From Octopus bimaculoides (taxonomy: Eukaryota), in the NCBI RefSeq assembly GCF_001194135.2, contig NC_068983.1, forward strand, positions 164,583,283 to 164,618,768: a stretch of 35,486 nt of DNA, in the 5' to 3' direction. Made by a program: the position numbers and the translations under genes. Shown here in pieces: positions 20,071 through 32,191 of the stretch; positions within the stretch are counted from its first letter, which is position 1, and each line of letters opens with the position of its first letter. The notes under the pieces were generated by a model. It did no database searches, had not been told where the DNA came from, and saw only the letters and a list, made by a program, of their open reading frames with translations.

Positions 20071-22515
20071 CAATCTATGGGTATAACTTTGCGTTTATAA
20101 CCAAAAACCGAAAATAAACTAGCCCTCACCCTGTTTTACTTCAACTGTGGACGTAAACGCAAAACACCTTACATTTATATATTTTCTGCTAAAATAGAGA
20201 CTCTTTATTTCATATGTATTTATATAACAACTTCAAATTGGTTTGTGTATATCTAAGAGTGTTTTTGTGAAACAAGAATAAACAATTATGTCAAAATTAG
20301 ATTAAAAAATGAGTTTACTAAATCAGAATTATACTGATTTTGTCAAGTTAATTGAAATAGATGTTTGGAAAGTTTAATGATGACCTGTAAGGGAAAGCCA
20401 AATGAAATTCAATATATTGTGAAAAACGGCTATGAAGGAACCATACTATGTATCGTTTATTGATATAAAATAAACAATTGTAGATAATAATATACAAGAT
20501 TCTATATTAGTGCTTAATATATATCGTACTTCACTATCTGCAGTATATTTATCATATAGATCTGTGTTGATTCTGAAACAGAGCTACTTTTAAATTAAGT
20601 CTGTCTCCTTTGATTGCAATTTCCACTTGAAATAGACTGACAAAATTTAAAATATATTGAAATTTAATTTTGACTTACAATAACGAAATAGACACATGAT
20701 CAATAATACAATAAGGAATCGATTTCTCTTAGCTCCTGACTTTTCGTTGTCCCAATTTCGCATCGTTTTCATTTCATTATTAAGAATATTTTTGATTTTC
20801 ATTGTAGTTTTGTTTCATTGTCAAAACTGTATTTTCTCCTTTGTTTGTACCGTTTTGTCACTAAATTTAACAATATAGGTACTGAGTTAGAATTAACATT
20901 CGACTTTCTGAAGACAAATATGGTTTCCTCAGTGAAATGTCAGCATGTGACATGCATCTTTGTCCAATGGCATACGTTTTGAAATATTTTCCAAGGCTTA
21001 TGTACATGACATCCCTTTCAAAACATTATCAGTTCCTGGTCTCAAGTGACATATGTGGCAAGAATTAATGAGAAAGTACACAGCTTTTGTACTATTGCAC
21101 TTTTTACACTAAATTAGTATGTAAGACCCCCTTCAATATTTTCTGCGTGGAAACCTATTTAAATAAATTTTCAGAAAATAACAAAGCTATACTTCAGAAA
21201 GAAAGAGCTTCGCGAGATATCAGTAATTACATAGAAAGTATAAAAACTGCCTGTCACAAACTACATGATATGTACTCAAAATAAGGAAATATGTTCAATA
21301 ATGAAGGCTTTGATATATCTTAACTTTGAAATGCTGTTATTTCCATCATGTAAAGATTAACATGGAAGGGAAAACGCTCAGTATTTTCATACAATTATAT
21401 TTATACGAACATGTTCAGTGTTGGAACTGCAAACGTTCGGCACTAAGAGAACAGTTATTCATATTTTCGCTCTGTATTCTCTCATACTTATTTCTTTCTC
21501 TTTTTTACACTTCCTTCATCACTCAACCTCGCTAGCTTCTCTGACATGAAGAGGAATAAAATAAATAAATAAAGAAGGAAAATAGTATGACGGACCTTTT
21601 AGAAATAGAGAAATGACAAGTCTGCAATTTCAAACGGAATAATCCGAATACATGACTCAGTCTTAATGATATGATATTCGTATGATCCATTGAGGGTTTA
21701 CGGATATTCAGTTTTTAAATTTTTAATTTACATCTCTGTAAACGTGTGCAGTGGTTAATCTGTTATCAACTGGGGTATAAGTCTTATATGTATGTGAATA
21801 TCTATGTGTGGAGAGGATATATTCGAATGTACACAACACTGTGACTATGAAATGTAAACGTTTGTCAGATACAGAGAATTGAGAATATGTGACATCATGG
21901 ATGTACGTGTGTGGAACAAAGGTGTTGACAGATGTATAGGTTTCATATTTGCGAATAAGGGTGAAAAAGACAGAGAGAGAAAGAGAGAATGTGCATGTAC
22001 GTTTGTGCATGTACGTGTGTGTGTGTGTGTGTGTGTGTGCATGTGTGTGTGTGTGTCTATACATCCACTTACAAAACTCTTTTGAATTCTTTTTTCCTTC
22101 ATCGATTCGATCCATCATTCTCTGACATGCAGCTTTGAAAGACGCAAAACTTTCGCTTTATTTCTCCGTCACATTTTCTTTTTTCATTATTCTCTTCTCA
22201 CTCTTCACTACTTCAGCTGCACGTTATGCATGTTTTCTCGGACACACACATACACACGCACACACACATATATATTTTTTTTTTTTTTCTGTGCTCATTT
22301 ACTCAATTAATGACTTGTTCTTATATGATTATATGGTTCCACACCCTTGTTTTTGCAATTACCAGATCTTTCTATTTGATAATCTGTACCACTAATACAT
22401 GTGTATGCATTCATCTAATACATTGGAATAAAGAGACATACTGGAATGTTTACCGGCTGATGTCTGCCTATTTTGTATCCTCTCCACTTTCTTACTTGCA
22501 GTATATATGTGTGTA

Positions 22516-22547
<32 letters not shown>

Positions 22548-22892
22548 NNNNNNNNNNNNNNNNNNNNNNNNNNNNNNNNNNNNNNNNNNNNNNNNNNNNN
22601 NNNNNNNNNNNNNNNNNNNNNNNNNNNNNNNNNNNNNNNNNNNNNNNNNNNNNNNNNNNNNNNNNNNNNNNNNNNNNNNNNNNNNNNNNNNNNNNNNNNN
22701 NNNNNNNNNNNNNNNNNNNNNNNNNNNNNNNNNNNNNNNNNNNNNNNNNNNNNNNNNNNNNNNNNNNNNNNNNNNNNNNNNNNNNNNNNNNNNNNNNNNN
22801 NNNNNNNNNNNNNNNNNNNNNNNNNNNNNNNNNNNNNNNNNNNNNNNNNNNNNNNNNNNNNNNNNNGAATATGTGATATTTTTGTTTTGTCT

Positions 22893-22955
22893 TAATAACT
22901 GACGAGATGGTGGAGCAGATTTCCACCCCGACATCCGAAACTCGGAATCTTATTA
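22893..22955 (+). ncRNA. Type-I hammerhead ribozyme motif with extended stem II
   Basis: TAATAA-CTGACGA-GATG-GTGGA-GCAGATT-TCCAC-CCCGA-CATC-C-GAAA-CTCGGAA-TC^TTATTA. It has a 6-bp stem I, an intact core, a two-part stem II and an AUC triplet. Stem III is imperfect. Confidence 0.65.
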
Positions 22956-23036
22956 TGGCAACCAAATAATTGTCACATATTATTTTACAGGTACATATAT
23001 ATATATATATGCATATGTATATATATATACATATAT

Positions 23037-23085
<49 letters not shown>

Positions 23086-23674
23086 CATATACATATATAT
23101 ATATATATAGGTATGAAAAGGTTGAATTTTGATTCGTCCTTTAATTTGGAGTTAAAAATGGAGAAGTGCAGTTGTTACAATATAAAAGAGAATTTTAATT
23201 GATGCAGATGATCGTTTCGTACAGATATATAGAAATAATGCAAATTCATGATAGAACTGAATTAAATTAATTAAAAAATATATATATCAATGTACTCTTC
23301 AGTGCAAGAGGTAAAAACAAAATTTTTACAAAGAACTTGGGAAAGGAAATAGCAGAATAGAATTTAGGAGATTCATATTTATCCTTATACATTTGCATTA
23401 TTTTTTATCTCTGTACAAAACGACCGTCTGCATGAATTAAAATTCTCTTATATATTTTAACAACTTCTCTTCTCCATTTCTAACTAAATTGTTGCGTTTT
23501 ATGGTATTTCTTTTAATAAATTCACAACACATCATATATATATATATATATATANNNNNNNNNNGATGCTTATCCAAAATGGATCATCAGAAGCACATGT
23601 TACAGAGCAGCCGTGCATCTAATTGTACAATAAAATAAACTACATACACACCCACCCACGCACGCACGCACACA

Positions 23675-23718
<44 letters not shown>

Positions 23719-23860
23719 AGCACACAGCCATACACACATAATTTTATAAGAGTACTGACAGTAACTTCGAAGTTCCGTTTTGCTAGTCTATGTTCTCCAC
23801 TAAAAGCACTAAACAATCTTTCAGGTAATATAAAATTGGTTTCATAATAACTCTACATAA

Positions 23861-24078
23861 GGCGGCGAGCTGGCTGAATCGTTAGCACGCCGGACAAAAT
23901 ATTTAGCGGCATTTTGTCCGTCTTCTACGTTCCGAGTTCAAATTCTGCCGTTGTCGACCTTGCATTTCGTCCTTTCAGGGTCAGTAAAACAAGTACCAGT
24001 TGAACATTGGGGTCGATGAAATTGACATACCCCACCCCCCGAAATTCTTGGCCTTGTGCCAAAATTTGAAAACATTAC
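23861..24078 (+). mobile_element. SINE family A, full length, tail type 2
   Basis: Exact 12-bp TSD AACTCTACATAA at 23849-23860 and 24079-24090. Confidence 0.93.
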
Positions 24079-24639
24079 AACTCTACATAAATACATACGT
24101 ACGTACGTATGTATGTACGTATGACAGCATGTATGTATATACTCGGAGTATATTTCATAGAAACATGACATCGAAGACATCTTCAGTACCACAAGTACAC
24201 AATAATTAAACACAATAGAATTCTTACTCTGCATCTCACGTGAACAGCAGCCGCTGCAATCTCCCCAAACTGGAATGGCCAGCATATAACATCGGTGTTG
24301 TTTTTGTGTAGGGCAACGCATGCAAGGGTTGTAGTCAACCATATCGATCCCTGCACTTATTTTATCAATCAATAATTATAGAAATATTAAGCGACCATTT
24401 TGATGTAAAACCGGTTTTTAAACTCGGAAAGATAAACATAGGCAGGAACACATATCTGGATATGGACACAGATAGACACACAGACGCACACATACACATA
24501 CACACATGCACGCACGAACTCACACAATCACACTCACTAGTATGCTTAAGTATGTGTATGTGAATAAGTGTGTGTGTGTGCGTCCGTATGTGTGTGTGTG
24601 TGTGTGTATGTGCTTGTGTGTGTGTTTAAGTTTTCGAAT

Positions 24640-24960
24640 GAGGGTGCATGACTTAGTGGTTAACGGTATTCGACTCATGATCTAAGGTCGAGAGTTCGAT
24701 CCCTGGCAAAGCCTTGTGTCCTTGAGCAAGACACTTCATTTCATGTTGATTCAGTCCATTCAGCTGGCAATAATGAGTTGTGCTTCTAATTCAAAGGGGC
24801 CAGCCTTGTTACATTCTGTGTCACGCTAAATCTCCCTGAGAACTACGTTAAAGCTACGCACGTCTGTGGATTGCTTTGCCACTTGCATGTTAATTTCAGG
24901 AGCAGGCTGTTCGGTCGATCGGATCAACTAGAATACTCACCGTCGTTATCGACGAAGTGC
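24640..24960 (+). mobile_element. tRNA-derived SINE family C (CORE-like block), near full length
   Basis: A-box-like TGACTTAGTGG, B-box GAGTTCGATCCC, GTGTCCTTGAGCAAGACACTT block, and homologous fragments at 9004-9057 and 27100-27165. Confidence 0.85.
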
Positions 24961-25115
24961 TATTTTATCTTTATTTATTTTACATTTTCCAATAACTATT
25001 TTAGTTAGAGAATACTAAAAACTTCTCTGGCTTGAATCGAACCGGAAAACTCTGGCTAACGAGACAAATACACAAGTTTTCACTCCAGCCGTGTTTCATA
25101 CCGAAATAACCGCAC

Positions 25116-25295
25116 GAGTATCACAAATATGTATTTATTTACTCCGCTCCAGTATTACAGAAGAGTATCATGCAACTCCATCTACGAGAGTATCGCTTTG
25201 GTTTACAAACAAATATGTAACGATAGTCATTGCCAGAGTATCACACATGAGTATCACTCGAAAATATCATAGTTGAGTTTCTATAAGAGTCTCAC
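25116..25295 (+). repeat. Decayed ~12-13-bp minisatellite / GAGTATCAC motif cluster
   Basis: GAGTATC at 25116, 25163, 25188, 25236 and 25249, with variants at 25150, 25262, 25275 and 25287. Confidence 0.7.
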
Positions 25296-27099
25296 TCTAG
25301 CTTATACAACGAATATATAGAACGATTTACTCCGCATTACTTAAACCGAATCCCACGTGCCTCATTCACCTTTCAGCTTGATTTAGTACTCACTATGGAT
25401 TTTAGACATTCGATTATTATTGAGAATGGTTTATAATTGCATGCAAACTTTAGAAATTAAATGGTAGCACATTTATTTGCTGCATGTCTTTTGGTTCGCC
25501 GCATTCAAGTACTATGGTCGATATTGTTTTTCTCTCTTCACTACTAACTTGAACTTCAGTTGAAAATGATTCTCTGAAGACGAATATTTAATCTACGTTG
25601 CTGTGCCTTTCACATCCCTTCAATTTCATTGATAAAAATGTCTCAAGATAGGTTTAAACACCGTTTTAAACTATTCTGATGACATTGAAAAACAAGTGCA
25701 AGATGGACGCTCAAACGATTGACTATTGACGTCGTAATCTGAAGATATATATTTGTTGTTGTCCCATTATGAACTCTGTTATATACTTCAGATCCATAAA
25801 AAGTTATTGAGGCCGATGTAGCATAAGACAAAACGATGAACAAACGCATCATCCGATTGGCAGAAAAAAATCTACGCACCCTTGATATTCAAAAATAATA
25901 GTTTTTGCATCGTTCCTCCAGAGGAAGTATTTACTATTTTTTGTGTCTTCGTTATATTTTCTCTCGCAGTTTATCGTAAATTTAAAAGAAAAAGCAATAG
26001 ATTATTATTTTATTGAGGCCGCTTCCGAAAAGTGATGAATATTTTAGAAACATCGATCGAAATTCGAGTCTTAATATAGAGACACCACAACAGCCAAACG
26101 CACCTTTAAACTTATCCAGTCGACGGTTCAATTCCAATAAATTATGCGTTTAATCTCATCATATTTTCTTTTTGTTTTTGTTTCTGAGACCAGATTTCTT
26201 GCATTGAAACTTATATGCATGTACAAATATATGCGTTTAGCTATATAAATATTTTATCCGTGTAAACACGCACGTACACATACTTATACACACATATGTA
26301 TATGTATATATAGATACAAATAGATACATAGATACATACACACATATGTAGATACATATGTGTGTGTGTCTATACACACATATACACACACATATATTTA
26401 AAAGCATCTGTGTAGGCTGTATGGATGTATATGTATATATGTATGTGGATAAATAAAGCTCGTGAAATGCAAATTTACTTTCCATAACATGAATATAATT
26501 TAGTTTTTCGAACAGTACTTCTTTATACTGAAATTCCGGATATGAATCTGATGCAATAAATATCAAGTTGGCTGTACTCGGTATAGACTGGAATATACCA
26601 CAGCAGGAATCTGGAGAATATAGACTTAAGTGACAGACTTAGAGAGCCTGATATTGGAATCTAGAGTAATAGGAATATCTCATCAATACATTCTGGTTTG
26701 AATAAAGATTTCAACAGACTCACGACTGATAAAAATGATTGCGAAACTGCTTCATCAGTCTGTATAAAAGTATGATAAGGTCAAAGCGCAATTCAGGATT
26801 CTTTCTATAAGAAGAATATTCTCTGTTCAATGGATTAAAATGAAAACCAGTGAGGTAAAAAAATAACACAAAACTCTTATTCCATTCTCTGGATTGATAT
26901 ATTAACATATATTGATTATCACGTAGATATATGTAATTGACGCACGGCAATTATTATAGTTCATTTATACATAGTAAAATACATATTTGCAGATATATAA
27001 ATGTTACCCGACGTGCGAGTGTTTCTTTTTGGTACACGCTGGTAAAGCCAAAGGACATTCTGTTGGCTTTCAGTAAAGAGCTGTGATAACAAAATAACT

Positions 27100-27165
27100 G
27101 ACGCTGCGTCGATTACGACGACGAGCGCTCCAGTAGATTCGATCAACGGAACAGTCTGCTGTTTC
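27100..27165 (-). mobile_element. SINE family C 3' tail fragment
   Basis: Reverse complement CTGTTCCGTTGATCGAATCTACTGGAGCGCTCGTCGTCGTAATCGACG matches about 24907-24955. Confidence 0.75.
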
Positions 27166-27403
27166 TTTATAAACAGTAAATTCAAACAAATCATATGCTC
27201 TATGATCTTCGTGGACATGAACATTTTTACTTTCCTAATGGAACGTAACTGGATAAATTTTTCTAACAATATGTAAATTTCGAAGCTTCTGTTTCAGAAT
27301 TTAAAAAAATGATTGATCTCGATAAAATATATACAACATATGTTTGTTTATATAATAACCAAGAGACATACAAAAAATTGTGTGTGCGTGCGTGTGGTGT
27401 GTG

Positions 27404-27452
<49 letters not shown>

Positions 27453-27468
27453 ATATATATATATATAT

Positions 27469-27559
<91 letters not shown>

Positions 27560-27580
27560 CATACATTCATACATACACAC
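27404..27580. repeat. Compound (CTAT)n-(AT)n-(AC)n-(AT)n-(ACAT)n microsatellite
   Basis: Direct inspection. Confidence 0.96.
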
Positions 27581-28440
27581 AGATACACTCACAGTTGTAT
27601 ATAGGTGTGGGAGTGTATGTATGCACGCTTTTATCGTGTTTGTGATGAAAAAATCAAATAGACACGTTGACCTATAAGTACACTAACACTCATATACATA
27701 CATAAACAATCGACCCCCTCTCCCAACACATACTTACCCCGCCAGACACACACACACACATACACGCACACAGATAAATAGCTATACATATATACATGTA
27801 TATGTGCGTTTCTGTGTGTGCGTGCATGCATGTGTAATTAATGTGTCGATTCAATATAGTTTACAACTGTCAACAGATCTTCGGATACGTCCCTGCAACT
27901 GACAGAACCAATTAACAATTGATATCAATGAACAAAAATATAAAATCTGAAAAGTATAAAAATTCGCAGCCGTTTAAATTACTACGCAGCATTTTTTAAT
28001 AAAAGAAAATAAATTTCGCTATTTATCAATAAATAATTTGTTTTCGTTTTATTAAGTTCAATAACATATTTTATATGAATGCATTAGTCATTGTATTTAT
28101 CTTAATATATTATTTATTGGTACACATTTCAGGAGAACTACTGTGTGAATATAACTAGTTCAATATTAGAAAATTATAACGTCAAGTGCAGTAATTATAG
28201 TAAAACATTCAATTTTACTAAGTTTTGTTAATGTTAATGTTTCACGACATCTCACCATATTCAATTTTTAAGCCAAACGATAAATATAATGACATTAAAA
28301 TAACTTTCAACGTATGAGAATGAAAGGTTTTATGAAAACTCTAGTTTGGAGGACACACATTTAGACCTTAATCAATAAGCAATTGTGAAGGGGCTCATTT
28401 TTTGAGGACGAAACTCATACTCTATATTTCATTATTTAAA

Positions 28441-28558
28441 GGCGGCATGCTGGTAGAAACGTTAGCGAGCCGGACGAAATGCTTAGCAGTATTTCGTCTG
28501 TCTTTACGTTCTGAGTTCGAATTCCGCCGAGGTCGACTTTGCCTTTCATACCTTCGGA
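28441..28558 (+). mobile_element. SINE family A copy, 3'-truncated
   Basis: Head to GCCTTTCATACCTTCGG, after which similarity ends. Confidence 0.88.
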
Positions 28559-28736
28559 TGATACACACTGAATGTGTAGAAAATCCTGAAATGAACATAC
28601 CTAAATCAAATAAAGATTATCAATTTTAATAAGCCCAGACAATTCGGATTATGATTGTTAGTTCAGAATATGTCTTCGGTGGTGAACGACACTTTTGACT
28701 AGGTTTGAACTCAGGACAGAGATGTACGAAATGAAG

Positions 28737-29007
28737 TTTGTTGTTTGTTTTATCTCGATCCATGCCTGGCTCATAAGGGCCGGCTCCCTGGTTTCATTGG
28801 CGTATAGGTTCCTCACCTGGACGGGACGCCGGTCCGTCGCAGGTGAGCTGCTAGGTGCAGGGGAAAAGAGTGAGAGAAAGTTGAGGCGAAGCCGCGTGGA
28901 GTTTAGGTGTTTCGCTCATAAATATTCACATCGTCCGGTCTGAGATTCGAACCCGCGATCCCTCAAACGCAAGTCCGCTGCTCTAACTACTGGGCCATGT
29001 GCCTCCA
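28737..29007 (-). mobile_element. tRNA-derived SINE family E with V-domain-like block
   Basis: Minus strand: A-box-like TGGCCCAGTAG, B-box GGGTTCGAATC, CCTGCGACGGACCGGCGTCCCGTCCAGG (recalls the V-SINE CCTGCGATGGACTGGCG...GTCCAGG block, from memory), and an AAAC-rich end. Single copy in the window. Confidence 0.75.
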
Positions 29008-29060
29008 CACATAATAAAGCACTGAAGGGTATCTGTTTAGCAATTTACCCGATTCTTCAA

Positions 29061-29273
29061 AGCGGCGAGGTGGCAGAAACGTTAGCACGCCGGGTGAAAT
29101 ACTTAACGATATTTCGTCTCCTTTTACGTTCTGAGTTCAAATTCCGCCGAGGTCGACTTTGCCTTTTATCCTCTCGGGGTCGATAAATTAAGTACCCGTT
29201 GCGTACTGGGTTGATATAATCGACAGGCTCCACCTCCCCCAAAATTTCGGTCCTTGTGCCTGGAGTAGAAAAG
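29061..29273 (+). mobile_element. SINE family A, full length, tail type 2
   Basis: 17-bp TSD with one mismatch: AATTTACCCGATTCTTC (29042-29058) and AATTTACCCGTTTCTTC (29274-29290). Confidence 0.93.
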
Positions 29274-29329
29274 AATTTACCCGTTTCTTCCAATTATAAT
29301 ACTTTTATATCTTGTGTGGTGTTATGAGC

Positions 29330-29595
29330 CAGGCTGTGTTGTAAGGAAGGATCAGAAGTGAGGGAGTAGGCATGCCCTGTCGAAGTGAGGCATGTGGATC
29401 TCACCGGAAGTGCCGCGGTGGATATGCGGCATTCAGTGAAGCATGAAGGTTAGTCAGCGGCGAAAAGCGCATCAGAGCGGACGTGTGAGAAGGTAGAGCA
29501 ACGGATGGCGCTCACGTGGAGGTGGAGCGAACTTTGGAGCTCGAGACAGCACGTGGATGTTGAAAGCGACCCTTTCTCCGGACCGACAGGTAAGA
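29330..29595 (+). promoter_or_regulatory. CpG-rich candidate promoter/first exon (or LTR fragment) ending in a strong splice donor
   Basis: Local GC and CpG enrichment in an AT-rich context. Contains CCGGAAGT (ETS-type, 29404-29411), CACGTG at 29513 and 29550, and CAG|GTAAGA at 29589/29590. Confidence 0.35.
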
Positions 29596-30713
29596 CTACC
29601 GTAATTCTCTTTTCGCTTCTGTCTTTTTTTCTTCTTTTACATCACATCTTCACTTGAGAAAGGCTCGATGTAAAATTATTCATCGCTGTACAAACACTCT
29701 ACAATTTTGCCTACGCTAATGAAATTAAGATCTGACAAAATTTACCAAAATGATTTCTCGCAGCTAAAACATGTTTATAGATAGAAGCAATATTTTAGTC
29801 AAATATTACAATTTAATCTTTTACTGGGAGACATAATATCGATTATTTTTAAAGTACAAGAACATTTCTAAACATCAAGTGTCGTTTTTATATTTCATTC
29901 TCAAATAAAGATGATATTTATAGAAGCTACTTAATAAAATTCTTCATATCTTTGGGTCAAATATAATATTGCACTTCTTCAATTCTTTTCTGTCGATTTA
30001 CATTAAAGTTTATTTGTAACAAGATTGAAATTAAAAATGTCAATAACAGGAGCATGAAATAGAATGAATTACGCTATGATTTAATTGTAAAGTTAATAAT
30101 ATTTGAATTACCAATATTTTATTGAGTTACAATTGCAATCTCTGCGGTGTTAACTCATTTGGTGAAGCACGCTCAATTTGTACCGCTGATTTTGGTTGTT
30201 AGTAATTGACCCATGACTTGGGTTCATAAAGAGATTAAGAAATCACCAGCTACTGATATTGCTGCACGTCAATGAATGGTATTTACTATACATGAAGTAT
30301 GGCCATATGCCGGCAACAGAGAAGACACCAGCAATACAAAATTCTTTATTCTACAGCTATAAATGTTATGAAAAAGATTAACAAATTCTTTTCGTAGCAG
30401 ATAGATATAAGGTTGTTGCTATTTTTCCTATTGTTGAGCCCCTGTTATGGCCTGATTTTGTAGATATGTGACCAAACGCATTACAGTTGTAAAAAAACCG
30501 TTACAATTTTGGGCATAAATTTAAATCTACTGATAAGCTTCTGTGAAGTACCGAGTTAGATGAATTCGTACTTAAATATGCTTTAGACTAGAAACATATC
30601 ACTCTCATGGGCATATTTGTATTGTTATAGTTTTATTTGTATTAACATCCAATCCTTTATGGAAATTGTCATCTGGTGGCTGTCATGATTTGGCGCAAAA
30701 CGAATCAGTTGCA

Positions 30714-31338
30714 GCGCAGAATCCTAGCTGTCCCTAATAACACAGTTTTCTGCAGCTCTACTAAACTGGGTTTTATACCTATTTCCTCTATCCATCTGTT
30801 CAGATCTTCAGAGATAGTTCCCAATGCACCTGTAACTACTGGGGCACATTTTACTCGCACTTTCCATAGTCTCTGTAATTCAATAGCTAAGTCCTGGTAC
30901 TTTGCTAATTTTTCTATGCTTCTCAAATTTGTTTTCATCATTTGCGACTGTACAGTCACTTATCTGGCACTTTCTGTTCCCTTTATCTGCTACTACCAAA
31001 TCAGGCCTCCTAGCTTTTATTACTCTGTCAGTCTGAATGTTTGAGTCCCACAACATTTTGTATTTCTTATTTTCTAGTTCTTTACTAGGTTCATGTTCAT
31101 ACCATCTATCAGTGTGTTCAAATCCTAGCTTTCTACATAGCTCTCAGTGGATTACTCTCCCTCGGTTGTCATGTCTTTTCTTGCATTCTTTCTGTACCAG
31201 CATGCTACATTCATTTACTATATGAATAACGCTTTCCTCTTTTGATTTGTATAGTCTACATTGGGGAATTACTTGGTTCTTATCTATCTTGACTTTTTAT
31301 CCAATTAGTCCTTAATGTTTGATCTTGTGTAGCTACAG
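30714..31338 (-). mobile_element. R4/Dong-type RLE non-LTR retrotransposon fragment (decayed CCHC finger, RHD motif, PD-(D/E)xK endonuclease)
   Basis: Translates ATQDQTLRTNWIK/VKIDKNQVIPQCRLYKSKEESVIHIVNECSMLVQKECKKRHDNRGRVIH*ELCRKLGFEHTDRWYEHEPSKELENKKYKMLWDSNIQTDRVIKARRPDLVVADKGNRKCQISDCTVANDEN/LRSIEKLAKYQDLAIELQRLWKVRVKCAPVVTGALGTISEDLNRWIEEIGIKPSLVELQKTVLLGTARILR. It has frameshifts and a stop. The 5' junction lies in a TAA run (31339-31350). Confidence 0.93.
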
Positions 31339-31350
31339 ATTATTATTATT

Positions 31351-31560
31351 TCTTTATTGCCCACAAGGGGCTAAATATAAAGGGGACAAACAGGGACAGA
31401 CAAAGGGATTAAGTCGATTACATCGACCTGGTACTTAATTTATCGACCCCGAAAGGATGAAAGAGAAAGTCGACCTCGGCGGAATTTGAACTCAGAACGT
31501 AACGGCAGATGATACCGCTAAGCATTTCGCCTGTTGTGCTAACGTTTCTGCCAGCTCGCC
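31351..31560 (-). mobile_element. SINE family A, full length, tail type 1
   Basis: Reverse complement closely matches 669-899, including the GTCTGTCC...CCCCTTGTGGG tail, and ends in (AAT)n. Confidence 0.92.
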
Positions 31561-31575
31561 AGCTCGCTCTTCGGC

Positions 31576-31650
<75 letters not shown>
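31576..31650. repeat. (TAA)n tract, tail or target of the adjacent Dong-like element
   Basis: 25 perfect TTA units on +. Confidence 0.98.
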
Positions 31651-31651
<1 letters not shown>

Positions 31652-31814
31652 GGTTTGGGTCAGGCTCGGTCTTATACCTGTAGCCTTAAGTATCCACAAG
31701 TTTTCAGCAGTCTTTCAAGTGATAAGAACTCTTCTGATAATCCTTGCTGTCCCTAATAGAGAAACTTTCTGTAGGAGCTCTATTGGACATTTTATTTCAA
31801 TCTCCTTCAGTCCA
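31651..31814 (-). mobile_element. Extreme 3' end of a second R4/Dong-type element
   Basis: GLKEIEIKCPIELLQKVSLLGTARIIRRVLIT* (stop 31715-31717), then a 64-nt 3' UTR and (TAA)25. The 5' junction is in (TAA)3 at 31815-31823. Confidence 0.88.
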
Positions 31815-31827
31815 TTATTATTAAGAT

Positions 31828-32090
31828 GGCGGCGAACTGGCGGAATCGCTAGCACACCAGGCAAACTACTTAGCGGCATTTCGTTCATCCTTTTTTCTGA
31901 GTTCAAATTCTGCCAAGCTTTCATCCTTTCGAGATCGATAAAATAAGTACCAATTGAATACTGGGGTCAATGTTTGCCTTTCGTCATTTCGGGGCCGGGA
32001 AAATATGTATCATTTGGGCACTGGAATCGATATAATCTACTTGCCCCTTCATTCAAATTCGCAGGTCTGGTGATAAATTTGGAAACCGTT
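31828..32090 (+). mobile_element. SINE family A copy with internally duplicated central domain
   Basis: The central block occurs twice (GCTTTCATCCTTTCGAGATCGATAAAATAAGTACC...CTGGGGTC, then GCCTTTCGTCATTTCGGGGCCGGGAAAATATGTATC...CTGGAATCGAT). Confidence 0.82.
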
Positions 32091-32125
32091 ATTATTTTTT
32101 TTTGTCCTCGTCGTCATTGTTTTAT

Positions 32126-32191
32126 TGTTGTTTTTGTTGTTGCTGTTGTTTTATTGTTGTTGTTGTTGTTGTTGTTGTTGCTGTTGTTATT
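32126..32191. repeat. (GTT)n microsatellite, imperfect
   Basis: Direct inspection. Confidence 0.93.

Noticed and set aside
20900-20950. CTGAAGA...GAAATGTC (and CTGAGGA...GAAAGTC on the other strand) as hammerheads
   Set aside because: No credible stem I or stem II.
25116-25295. CRISPR-like repeat-spacer array
   Set aside because: The repeats are only 7-9 nt with irregular short spacers, in a eukaryotic context with no cas genes.
31715-31924. 69-aa minus ORF as one gene
   Set aside because: It is a chimera of antisense SINE A sequence, a TAA run and the Dong-like C-terminus.
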